A stretch of 64,000 bases of DNA from Candidatus Falkowbacteria bacterium HGW-Falkowbacteria-1 (GTDB taxonomy: Bacteria; Patescibacteriota; Patescibacteriia; Patescibacteriales; UBA12465): assembly GCA_002840305.1 (NCBI GenBank), contig PHAI01000003.1, positions 6,908 through 70,907 of the forward strand, written 5' to 3'. The notes beneath the pieces were generated by a model that saw nothing but the letters and a program-made list of their open reading frames with translations, ran no database searches and was not told where the DNA came from. Shown one piece after another: positions 18,601 to 26,224 of the stretch; within the stretch, counting starts at the first letter, position 1, and each line of letters begins with the position of its first letter. A program made the translations under genes and the position numbers.

Positions 18601-19616
18601 TTATCTTTCTATACGGCGAAAATGATTTTAGAATCAGCCAAAAATTAAACGAAATAAAAAATAAATTCATAAAAGATGTTGACCAAAATGGCCAAAATAT
18701 TTTTCAATTTGATGGTGAAAAAATTAAACTAGAAGATTTAAGCGCTCAAATAGGAACATCCTCTCTTTTTAGCTCCAAAAAGATGGTTATAATTTCTAAT
18801 CTAATAAAAAACAAACAAAAAGATTTTTCAAAAAGATTTTTAGAATACATTAAAAAAAATCATTTATCTGAGTCTTCTGAGATTCTTGTTTTCGTAGAAA
18901 AAAGCATCAGGAGTAAAGGAGAAAAAGGACTTTTAAAAAAAGTCGGAAACAGAGAAAATCCTTTAACTATAGCCGAAAAAACATTATTCAATTTTTTAAA
19001 AGAAGAAAAATATTCCCAAGAGTTAAAAAATTATACCAATTTAGAACTGGCAAATTTTATAAAAAAGGAATTTGATAACTACTCCCTAAAAATAGACAAC
19101 CCAAGCACCCAGCTATTAATAAACTTAACCGCCGGTGATCTCTGGACAATATTTAATGAAATAAAAAAAATAAGTAACCTAAAATTGTCTAACAAGGAAA
19201 ATAAAATAATAACAAAAAGCGAAATAGAGCAAAACGTATCCGCCAAATTTCAAGAAAATATATTTGCCTTTACCGATGCTATCAGTTCCAAAAATTCTAA
19301 AACAGCTCTTGATATTTTAGAAGAGCAATATTTATCAGGTTTAGAGGCGGAATATATACTCAGCATGATGATTAGACAATTTAAAATATTACTTCAAATC
19401 AGAGAAGCGCTAGATTTAAACTACGGTACCCAAAAAATGGTCTCAAATCTTAAACTTCATCCCTTTATAATTAGTAAAGGCATAAATCAGGCCAAAAACT
19501 TTAGCAAAGAGTTTTTAATAAAAATTATAAACAATCTAATAGACCTTGAACACCAAAGCAGAAAAAGCGATCCCAATCTAAAAGCCTCTTTAAATTTATT
19601 AATCATTAACATCTAA
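18597..19616 (+). CDS. holA: DNA polymerase III delta subunit
   Basis: The start MIIFLYGENDFRISQKLNEIK, the ~340-aa length and the helical C-terminal domain fit holA. The gene is coupled to murD through an ATGA overlap. Confidence 0.7.
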   Translation: MIIFLYGENDFRISQKLNEIKNKFIKDVDQNGQNIFQFDGEKIKLEDLSAQIGTSSLFSSKKMVIISNLIKNKQKDFSKRFLEYIKKNHLSESSEILVFVEKSIRSKGEKGLLKKVGNRENPLTIAEKTLFNFLKEEKYSQELKNYTNLELANFIKKEFDNYSLKIDNPSTQLLINLTAGDLWTIFNEIKKISNLKLSNKENKIITKSEIEQNVSAKFQENIFAFTDAISSKNSKTALDILEEQYLSGLEAEYILSMMIRQFKILLQIREALDLNYGTQKMVSNLKLHPFIISKGINQAKNFSKEFLIKIINNLIDLEHQSRKSDPNLKASLNLLIINI

Positions 19617-19704
19617 TTACCCTTGCGCTTTTTTTATTTATTTGTTATATTTGTTTTAAATAGATTTTAATTTTATCTGTTTTGTTTTTGTTGCTTTTAA
19701 AATA

Positions 19705-19718
19705 GGGCAATTAGCTCA
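19705..19718 (+). other. Orphan copy of the first 14 nt of tRNA-Ile, 100 bp upstream of the intact gene
   Basis: gggcaattagctca is identical to 19805-19818. It is followed by an unrelated hairpin, atcgcg-N14-cgcgat. Confidence 0.6.
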
Positions 19719-19804
19719 TCGCGCATAGTCTACGGCACGCGATTGTTAAAAAAACATGTTTTTAAAATTAAACATTGTATATTGCTAATTGTTAATTAAA
19801 TATC

Positions 19805-19878
19805 GGGCAATTAGCTCAGTTGGTTAGAGCGCAACACTGATAATGTTGAGGTCGGAGGTTCGAGTCCTCCATTGCCCA
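19805..19878 (+). tRNA. tRNA-Ile (GAT)
   Basis: The cloverleaf was folded by hand: acceptor gggcaat/attgccc, anticodon stem caaca/tgttg, loop ctGATaa and T arm ggagg-ttcgagt-cctcc. No CCA is encoded. Confidence 0.9.
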
Positions 19879-19893
19879 CGTCAGAATAAACAT

Positions 19894-19966
19894 AGCGGGG
19901 TAGAGCAGCTGGCAGCTCGCCAGGCCCATAACCTGGAGGCCGTGGGTTCGAGTCCCACCCCCGCAA
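19894..19966 (+). tRNA. tRNA-Met (CAT), initiator-like
   Basis: The sequence aligns position for position with the E. coli tRNA-fMet layout. It has an A11:U24 pair and a 1:72 mismatch (A:A). The anticodon loop is cCCATaa, with C at position 33. Confidence 0.85.
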
Positions 19967-19971
19967 CAATT

Positions 19972-20043
19972 GCCTCGGTAGCTCAGTGGTAGAGCAAAGG
20001 ATTGAAAATCCTTGTGTCGTCAGTTCAATTCTGACCCGGGGCA
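19972..20043 (+). tRNA. tRNA-Phe (GAA)
   Basis: Acceptor gcctcgg/ccggggc, anticodon arm aagga-ttGAAaa-tcctt, T arm gtcag-ttcaatt-ctgac. Confidence 0.9.
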
Positions 20044-20055
20044 CATTGGGATTTT

Positions 20056-20129
20056 CGGGGTGTGGCCCAGTTGGCTAGGGCGTCTGGTTTGGGACCAGAA
20101 GATCGTGGGTTCGAGTCCCACCACCCCGA
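20056..20129 (+). tRNA. tRNA-Pro (TGG)
   Basis: Acceptor cggggtg/caccccg, anticodon arm tctgg-ttTGGga-ccaga, T arm gtggg-ttcgagt-cccac. Confidence 0.9.
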
Positions 20130-20182
20130 CAGAAAAAATAATTAAGAGTTTAATAATAAACTTAATAACATAAATAAACAAT

Positions 20183-20440
20183 ATGCCAAATAAAAAATCA
20201 GCAAAAAAAGAATTAAGAAAAAGTGTAAAAAGAAATAAGGAAAATAATTCCTTAAAAAGCGGAGTTAGAACTTTAATCAAAAAAGCCAAAAAAGACATTG
20301 AAGGAAAAAATTCCGAAGCTAAAAAAGATTTCAACAAAGTCGTTCAAGCTATTGATAAAATGGCCAAGAAAGGTATTATCAAAAAAAATACCGCAGCCAG
20401 AAAAAAATCAAGATTACAAAAAAAAATTAACAAACTTTAA
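20183..20440 (+). CDS. rpsT: 30S ribosomal protein S20
   Basis: MPNKKSAKKELRKSVKRNKENNSLKS...KKGIIKKNTAARKKSRLQKK is typical of S20. Confidence 0.9.
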   Translation: MPNKKSAKKELRKSVKRNKENNSLKSGVRTLIKKAKKDIEGKNSEAKKDFNKVVQAIDKMAKKGIIKKNTAARKKSRLQKKINKL

Positions 20441-20512
20441 TTACCAACTAATTATTACCCACTCTTGGATCCTGGCTATTTATAAACCATTTCTCGGATT
20501 GGGACAAACAAA

Positions 20513-20887
20513 ATGTTAGAAAAAAAAGCAAAAGAAAAAATTATTAAAAAGTTTCAAACTCATCCAAACGACACTGGTTCTTCACAGGTTCAAATCGCTA
20601 TTTTAACAGCAGAAATCGAAGAACTCACAGAACATCTAAAAAAACACAAACATGACTTCTCTTCTAGACGTGGTTTACTTAGAAAAGTATCCGAAAGAAG
20701 AAGACTGTTAAAATATCTACAAAAAGAAGACCAAAAAGCTTTTCAAGACTTAGCTATAAAATTAAAATTAAAAATAGCTAACAAAATGATCCAAGAGGAA
20801 GAAGAAAAAGCCTTGAAAGAAAAGGAGTTAGAAAGAATGATAAAAGGTGAAACCGAAGATGAAGAAGAAACTGAAAAAGCTAAATAA
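20513..20887 (+). CDS. rpsO: 30S ribosomal protein S15 with a K/E-rich C-terminal extension
   Basis: The S15 core reads DTGSSQVQIAILTAEIEELTEHLKKHKHDFSSRRGLLRKVSERRRLLKYL. A ~35-aa charged tail follows it. Confidence 0.92.
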   Translation: MLEKKAKEKIIKKFQTHPNDTGSSQVQIAILTAEIEELTEHLKKHKHDFSSRRGLLRKVSERRRLLKYLQKEDQKAFQDLAIKLKLKIANKMIQEEEEKALKEKELERMIKGETEDEEETEKAK

Positions 20888-20919
20888 AAAGTTAGCTCTA
20901 GTTTAGAAAATAAAAACAT

Positions 20920-21417
20920 ATGATAAAACACAAAGAACAAAGAGTCGGAGTATTAATAGATGTATCAAACATGTACCATTCCGCTAAAAATTTGTTCGGG
21001 AAAAAAACAAACTTCAAAGAAATACTAAAACAAGCAGTCGCAGGCAGAAAACTTATTCGGGCGACTGCTTATGTTATAAAAACAGAAAAAGAAGAAGAGT
21101 TTCCATTTTTCGAGGCTTTAAGCCAGCAAGGCTTTGAAGTAAAAATGAAAGACTTACAAATATTTGCCGGAGGAGCAAAAAAGGCTAACTGGGACATTGG
21201 AATCGCCATTGATGCTGTAAAATTAGCTGATAAATTAGACGTCTTAGTAATAGTATCAGGGGACGGAGATTTTTTGCCTCTAATGTCTTACCTACAAAAC
21301 AATAAAGGATGTTTAGTGGAAGTAATGGCCTTTGGAAAAACAACATCAAATAAATTAATAGAAGAGGCTGACGATTTTATTGATTTAGGTAAAAATAAAG
21401 ATTTTTTAATAGACTAA
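20920..21417 (+). CDS. NYN-domain (LabA-like) putative RNase
   Basis: RVGVLIDVSNMYHS..., ANWDIGIAIDA and LVIVSGDGDFLPL are present. The gene is inserted between rpsO and pnp. Confidence 0.85.
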   Translation: MIKHKEQRVGVLIDVSNMYHSAKNLFGKKTNFKEILKQAVAGRKLIRATAYVIKTEKEEEFPFFEALSQQGFEVKMKDLQIFAGGAKKANWDIGIAIDAVKLADKLDVLVIVSGDGDFLPLMSYLQNNKGCLVEVMAFGKTTSNKLIEEADDFIDLGKNKDFLID

Positions 21418-21485
21418 TTTTTATTCTGTAAAACTGCCAAAAAAATTATTTAAAATAAAATGGCAGATTTTTATAATTAATTAAA

Positions 21486-21543
21486 TTTGGCCATTAAATA
21501 CAGAGGGCTGTACAAGATACAGTGCTTAAATTTAATGGCCAAA
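21486..21543 (+). promoter_or_regulatory. Long stem-loop in the pnp 5' leader
   Basis: The 14-bp perfect stem is tttggccattaaat (21486-21499) / atttaatggccaaa (21530-21543). It encloses a smaller ctgta/tacag hairpin and ends 10 nt before the pnp ATG. Confidence 0.6.
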
Positions 21544-21553
21544 AAATAAAACT

Positions 21554-23779
21554 ATGAATGAAGAGAAAAAAGTTTCCGGGAATTGGCTCGGAAGAGAATT
21601 AACAATTAAAACTGGCAGGTTGGCTAAACAAGCTGACGCCTCAGTTTTAGTCCAATATGGAGAAACCGTAGTTATGGCCACGGTTGTTCAATCCAAAACA
21701 GAGAGAGACGGAATTGATTTCTTCCCTCTCATGGTCGAACTTGAAGAAAAATTATATGCAGCCGGCATAATAAAGGGTTCTCGCTGGATAAAAAGAGAAG
21801 GTCGTCCAAGTGATCAATCAATACTCACAGGAAGAATGATAGACAGATCAATTAGACCTTTATTTAACGATGACGAAAGAAAAGATGTTCAAATCATCTT
21901 GACCGTACTATCTGTTGACGGTGAAAATGATCACGATATAGTCTCTCTTATAGCAGCCTCTGCCGTTTTAAGCATATCAGGGGTAGATTGGAGGGGGCCA
22001 ATTGGTGGAATCAGAGTGGCTCTTATCGAAAATAAATTAGTATTTAATCCAAATTATGAACAACAAGCTTTGAGCGAGTTGGATTTAATCGTGGTTGGTA
22101 CAGATAAAAAAGTAGTCATGATAGAGGCTGGAGCCAAAGAGATAAAAGAAGATTTGATGTTCGACGCCATAAAGATGGGACAAGAAAACTTACAAGAAGC
22201 TATAAATATTGTCAAAAAGTTCAAGAATGAGGTTGGCGTCAAAGAAAAAGAAGAAAGCAAAAAAATGGCCAGTCAAGAAGACGTCAAAAACAAAGAAAAA
22301 AAAGAGGAATTACTTAAAATTGGCGAAAATTGGCTTAATGAAAATATTAAAAATATTCTTTTTGAAAAAACATACTACACCAAAGGTGAGCGAAAAATGG
22401 CCGTTAGAATCATAAAAGAAGGTTTAAATGAATATTTATTTTCTCAAAATATTGAAAAACCGGACAGAGACTTTGTTGTAAAAAAGTTAGCCGAAAAAAT
22501 GATTGAAGCCGAAGTAACTAGAGGAATATTAGAAGAAAAAAGAAGAGTTGACGGAAGAGCCTTAAATGAAATACGAGAATTATCATCAGATACTGGAATA
22601 TTACCAAGGAGCCATGGAAATGGTCTCTTTAATCGCGGAGAAACACAAGTTCTATCAATAGTAACATTGGGATCTCCTGGTATGGAACAATCATTAGAAG
22701 GAATAGAAGGACAAAGCAAAAAAAGATATATGCATCATTACAACTTTCCACCATTTAGCGTGGGAGAGGCAAGCCCACTTAGAGGAACTGGCCGCAGAGA
22801 AATAGGCCACGGAGCTTTGGCAGAAAAAGCATTGATACCAGTTTTGCCAAAAAAAGAAGATTTTCCATATACTATCAGAGTTGTGAGCGAAACACTAGGG
22901 TCAAACGGTTCATCATCTATGGCTGCCACCTGTGGCTCAAGCTTAGCCTTAATGGACGCTGGTGTTCCAATAAAAAAACCAGTAGCCGGTATTGCCATGG
23001 GCCTAGCATCTAACGACGACATGAGTAAATGGGAAGTTTTAACCGATATACAAGACTTAGAAGATGGAAAAGGTGGCATGGATTTCAAAATAACTGGAAC
23101 CGACGAAGGATTAACAGCTATTCAGTTAGACACAAAAACCGACGGTCTAAGCGAAGAGATAATCAGAAAAACACTAACAGAGGGTAGAAATGCCTTAAAT
23201 AAAGTATTGGAATCAATAAAAAGCTCGCTACCAGAACCAAGAAAAGAAATGTCTCCTTATGCCCCAAGAATTATCAGCTTCCATGTTAATCCAGAAAAAA
23301 TTGGCTCAATTATTGGTCCCGGAGGAAAGATAATAAACAAAATAATAGAAGAGACTGAAGTAACAATAGATATAGAAGACGATGGGCTAGTAATGATTTG
23401 CTCAACTAACCAAGAAAACGCTCAAAGAGCAGAAAAGATGGTAAAAGATTTGGTTAGAGAGTTTGAAGCTGGAGAAATATTCACTGGCAAAGTGGTAAGA
23501 TTAATGGATTTCGGCGCTTTTGTCGAGATTGCTGGCGGACAAGACGGCATGGTACATGTTAGCGAACTAGCTCCCTACAGAATAGGGAAACCATCAGATT
23601 TTGTAAAAATAGGCGATGCTGTGCAAGTTAAGATAAAAGAGATAGATTCTCAAGGCAGAATAAACCTTACTATGAAAGGCTTGGAGGAAAATGAAATCCT
23701 ATGGAAAGATAAAAAAGGTGAATCCGCAGGAGATCAAAATGGCTTTAATCGAAAACCAAGCTTCAATAAAAAGTTCTAA
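21554..23779 (+). CDS. pnp: Polyribonucleotide nucleotidyltransferase (PNPase)
   Basis: It has two RNase PH domains, a KH domain (IGPGGKIINKI) and a C-terminal S1 domain (GKVVRLMDFGAFVEI...GMVHVSEL). Confidence 0.97.
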   Translation: MNEEKKVSGNWLGRELTIKTGRLAKQADASVLVQYGETVVMATVVQSKTERDGIDFFPLMVELEEKLYAAGIIKGSRWIKREGRPSDQSILTGRMIDRSIRPLFNDDERKDVQIILTVLSVDGENDHDIVSLIAASAVLSISGVDWRGPIGGIRVALIENKLVFNPNYEQQALSELDLIVVGTDKKVVMIEAGAKEIKEDLMFDAIKMGQENLQEAINIVKKFKNEVGVKEKEESKKMASQEDVKNKEKKEELLKIGENWLNENIKNILFEKTYYTKGERKMAVRIIKEGLNEYLFSQNIEKPDRDFVVKKLAEKMIEAEVTRGILEEKRRVDGRALNEIRELSSDTGILPRSHGNGLFNRGETQVLSIVTLGSPGMEQSLEGIEGQSKKRYMHHYNFPPFSVGEASPLRGTGRREIGHGALAEKALIPVLPKKEDFPYTIRVVSETLGSNGSSSMAATCGSSLALMDAGVPIKKPVAGIAMGLASNDDMSKWEVLTDIQDLEDGKGGMDFKITGTDEGLTAIQLDTKTDGLSEEIIRKTLTEGRNALNKVLESIKSSLPEPRKEMSPYAPRIISFHVNPEKIGSIIGPGGKIINKIIEETEVTIDIEDDGLVMICSTNQENAQRAEKMVKDLVREFEAGEIFTGKVVRLMDFGAFVEIAGGQDGMVHVSELAPYRIGKPSDFVKIGDAVQVKIKEIDSQGRINLTMKGLEENEILWKDKKGESAGDQNGFNRKPSFNKKF

Positions 23780-23782
23780 ATA

Positions 23783-23811
23783 TTGACTTTTGCAATTAAT
23801 TAGTATAATAT
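23783..23811 (+). promoter_or_regulatory. Candidate sigma70 promoter for rpsP
   Basis: TTGACT at 23783-23788 is followed by TATAAT at 15 nt or TAATAT at 17 nt. The choice of spacer is ambiguous. Confidence 0.5.
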
Positions 23812-23866
23812 AAAACAATTAATGATTAAATTCCTGTTTTTATAGGAATAACAATAATATAGATAT

Positions 23867-24310
23867 ATGTTAATGATTAAACTAGCCAAAGTAGGCAAAA
23901 CAAACAAAAAAGTTTTCAAAATCGTGATTTCAGAAAAAACCAAAGATCCTTACGGAAAAGCTTTGGAAATTCTTGGGTCTTACAACCCTTACAGCAAAGA
24001 ATTAAAAATAAAAGCTGATAGAGTTAAGCATTGGATATCTCAAGGTTCACAAATGACAGAGTCAGTCAACAACTTGTTTGTCGACAACAAAATCATTGAA
24101 GGAAAAAAGGTAAAAAATTCTAGACCAGGAACACCAAATAAAATAAAGCAGGCAAAAATTGAAAAAAAATCTGCCGCCGCTAAAGCCTTGATAGAAGAAA
24201 AAGAAAAGGCCAAAACAGAAGCCGAAGAAGCTAAAAACACCAAAGAAGCTGAAACAGTTAAAGAAGAAAAAGCTCCAGAAGAACCTAAGGCTCCAGAAGA
24301 TAAACAATAA
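23867..24310 (+). CDS. rpsP: 30S ribosomal protein S16 with a K/E/A-rich C-terminal extension
   Basis: The S16 core reads MLMIKLAKVGKTNKKVFKIVISEKTKDPYGKALEILGSYNPY. A ~60-aa charged tail follows it. Confidence 0.9.
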   Translation: MLMIKLAKVGKTNKKVFKIVISEKTKDPYGKALEILGSYNPYSKELKIKADRVKHWISQGSQMTESVNNLFVDNKIIEGKKVKNSRPGTPNKIKQAKIEKKSAAAKALIEEKEKAKTEAEEAKNTKEAETVKEEKAPEEPKAPEDKQ

Positions 24311-24456
24311 AGCTTCATTTGACTTTTGTAAAAAATAGGTTTAAAATTAGAACACGGATCAATCATTGATCTCACCGCTTAGGTGGTTAAAAATTAAGAA
24401 AATTCTTACAAATCTGCAAATATCAAAAAGCAATTTGCGAGAATAGAGCGACAACT

Positions 24457-24795
24457 ATGTCGGAAAATCAAGACAAGAAGTTTTTAGAAACAATCATCAC
24501 TGCTATTGTAGGCAAGCCAGAGGCTGTTTCAGTAGAAAGAACAGTTGATGAAAGAGGAGTTCTTTTGACATTGAAAATTGACCCTAGCGATATGGGTTTT
24601 GTAATCGGTCGCCGTGGACAAACAGCTCAAGCTATCAGAACTTTATTAAAAGTTGTTGGTGCCAGAAATAACTCTAGAGTAAATTTAAAGATTTACGACC
24701 CAAATGGAGGAGTTAGACCAGAAAGAACAGAAAGAACAGAAAGAAGAGATGAATCACCAATCGACACTTCAGCTATTGATGATTTAAAAATTTAG
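24457..24795 (+). CDS. KH-domain RNA-binding protein (YlqC/UPF0109-like)
   Basis: The sequence contains VSVERTVDERGVLLTLKIDPSDMGFVIGRRGQTAQAIRTLLKVVG. Its position between rpsP and trmD is the conserved one. Confidence 0.85.
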   Translation: MSENQDKKFLETIITAIVGKPEAVSVERTVDERGVLLTLKIDPSDMGFVIGRRGQTAQAIRTLLKVVGARNNSRVNLKIYDPNGGVRPERTERTERRDESPIDTSAIDDLKI

Positions 24796-24826
24796 TTCTT
24801 AACTAAAGTTAAATACAAAACAAAAA

Positions 24827-24850
24827 GCCACACATACGTGGTTTTTTGTT
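24827..24850 (+). terminator. Weak rho-independent terminator after the KH-protein gene
   Basis: A 5-bp stem (gccac/gtggt with one G-T pair) and a 6-nt loop are followed by tttttgttt. Confidence 0.45.
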
Positions 24851-24860
24851 TAGGTGCGAG

Positions 24861-25261
24861 TTTTACCATCTCGACCGAATAATGAGGAGCAAAGAGACAC
24901 CTCCTCTTTGTCACCTCCACCGAATGAGGAGCGCGGCAATATATCTCTTTGTCACCTCCACCGAATGAGGATCGCGGCAATATATCTCTTTGTCACCTCG
25001 ACCGAACGAGGAGCAAAGAGACGCCTCCCTTTTGTCACCTCGACCGAACGAGGAGCAAGGCGACGAGTAAGTGGAGAGGTCTAAAACATTGAGAAATAGA
25101 TCTCTCCGCTCGCAAGTTGCTCTGCAACTTTCTCGGTCGAGATGACAAAAAAGAAAAGCTCGGTCGAGATGACAAAAAAGAAAAGCTCGGTCGAGATGAC
25201 AAAAAATAAAAGCTCGGTCGAGATGACAAGGCCAACAAACTTTCTCAGTCGAAATAACAAA
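24861..25261. repeat. ~400-bp compound palindromic array of TTTGTCA(T/C)CTCGACCGA-head repeats between the KH-protein gene and trmD
   Basis: Five forward heads start at about 24861, 24906, 24947, 24988 and 25029, including 41-bp tandem units. Five reverse heads lie at 25132-25261, including 27-bp tandem units gaaaagctcggtcgagatgacaaaaaa. They surround a central ~120-bp full element at 25029-25148. Confidence 0.9.
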
Positions 25262-25280
25262 TTATTTAATTCACAACTTT

Positions 25281-25946
25281 ATGAAATTTAATATTATAAG
25301 CATCTTCCCCGAAATTTTTTCTTCATATTTTAACGAAGGAATAATGAAAAGAGCCATAGAGAAAAAAATTATTAAAATAAAAGCTCACAACTTACGTGAT
25401 TTTACGGATGATAAGCGCAAAACAGTAGACGACACAGTCTACGGCGGCGGAGCCGGAATGCTCTTAAAAATCGAGCCTCTTTATAAAGCTATAAAGAAGA
25501 TAGCTAAAAAAAGAAAAATAGCTGGACAAAAAATAATTTTATTATCTGCCAAGGGAAAGAAATGGGATCAACAAATGGCCAAAAAATATTCTAAATTAAA
25601 ATCTATAACTCTAATTTGCGGACGCTATGAAGGTGTCGATGAAAGAATAAAAAACTTTATCGACGAAGAGATATCCGTAGGCGACTATGTTTTAAGTGGC
25701 GGAGAAATCGGAGCGATGGTTATAGTAGACTCAGTAAGCAGATTGTTACCAAAAGTTTTAGGAAACAAAGAAAGCATAGAAGACGAATCTCATCAAAAAT
25801 CGGGTGAATTAGAGTACCCACAATATACTAAGCCCGCGACATTTAAAGCAGGCAAAAAAGAATATAAAGTACCCAAAGAATTAACGTCCGGAAATCACAA
25901 AGTAATAGAAGAGTGGAAAAAATCTCACAAAACAAAGACAGCTTAA
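25281..25946 (+). CDS. trmD: tRNA (guanine37-N1)-methyltransferase
   Basis: MKFNIISIFPEIF..., YGGGAGMLLKIEP, ICGRYEGVDERI and SVGDYVLSGGE are present. Confidence 0.95.
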   Translation: MKFNIISIFPEIFSSYFNEGIMKRAIEKKIIKIKAHNLRDFTDDKRKTVDDTVYGGGAGMLLKIEPLYKAIKKIAKKRKIAGQKIILLSAKGKKWDQQMAKKYSKLKSITLICGRYEGVDERIKNFIDEEISVGDYVLSGGEIGAMVIVDSVSRLLPKVLGNKESIEDESHQKSGELEYPQYTKPATFKAGKKEYKVPKELTSGNHKVIEEWKKSHKTKTA

Positions 25947-25977
25947 CACAATTTTTCTCATAAAAAATCAAGTAGCA

Positions 25978-26011
25978 CCAATAAAGGCCCAAAAAAATGG
26001 GCTTTTATTGG
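25978..26011 (+). terminator. Rho-independent terminator after trmD
   Basis: The 14-bp stem is ccaataaaggccca / tgggcttttattgg, with one G-T pair and an A6 loop. The T-rich 3' arm serves as the T-run. Confidence 0.7.
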
Positions 26012-26013
26012 TA

Positions 26014-26042
26014 TTGACATTTATTTGTTTATATGATATAAT
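26014..26042 (+). promoter_or_regulatory. Perfect sigma70 consensus promoter for the lipoprotein gene
   Basis: TTGACA (26014-26019), 17-nt spacer, TATAAT (26037-26042), with a TGn extended -10. Confidence 0.75.
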
Positions 26043-26119
26043 ACTAAGTTATGCGTTCTTTGACAAAAAGTTAATCAAGTTAATTATTAAGTTTGTCTTA
26101 CCCCTTTTCATCTCTACTG

Positions 26120-26129
26120 CCCCCCCCCC
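26120..26129. repeat. C10 homopolymer in the 5' UTR of the lipoprotein gene
   Basis: Ten consecutive C residues occur in an AT-rich genome. The tract lies between the promoter and the start codon and directly abuts a repeat-family unit. Confidence 0.95.
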
Positions 26130-26130
26130 A

Positions 26131-26171
26131 TTTTGTCATCTCAACCAAGTGGAGCAAACGTAGAGATCTAT
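26131..26171 (+). repeat. Short unit of the TTTGTCAT-head repeat family
   Basis: ttttgtcatctcaaccaagtggagcaaacgtagagatctat shares the head and the gagagatct tail with the other copies. Confidence 0.8.
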
Positions 26172-26224
26172 AAATTAGACCAATTTAATAATTAACTTGA
26201 TGTTTAACTTAAAAACAAATAAAA

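Noticed and set aside
19811-20337. Track ORFs 19811..20044(-) and 20020..20337(-).
   Set aside because: They run antisense across four well-folded tRNA genes and the rpsT start, so they are spurious.
24792-25238. Track ORFs 24792..24980(-), 24854..25084(+), 25035..25238(-), 30227..30574(+) and 50518..50733(+), which encode LSSRP/SFSFLSSRP-type peptides.
   Set aside because: They are simply translations of the interspersed palindromic repeat in arbitrary frames. They show no independent coding signal, and the same peptide motifs arise on both strands.
24861-25261. Possible CRISPR array (regularly spaced 27-bp and 41-bp repeats; also the 36-bp repeats at 50546-50707).
   Set aside because: The units are contiguous tandem copies with no unique spacers between them. 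They occur in both orientations around a symmetry centre, no cas genes are nearby, and one block lies in frame inside a CDS.
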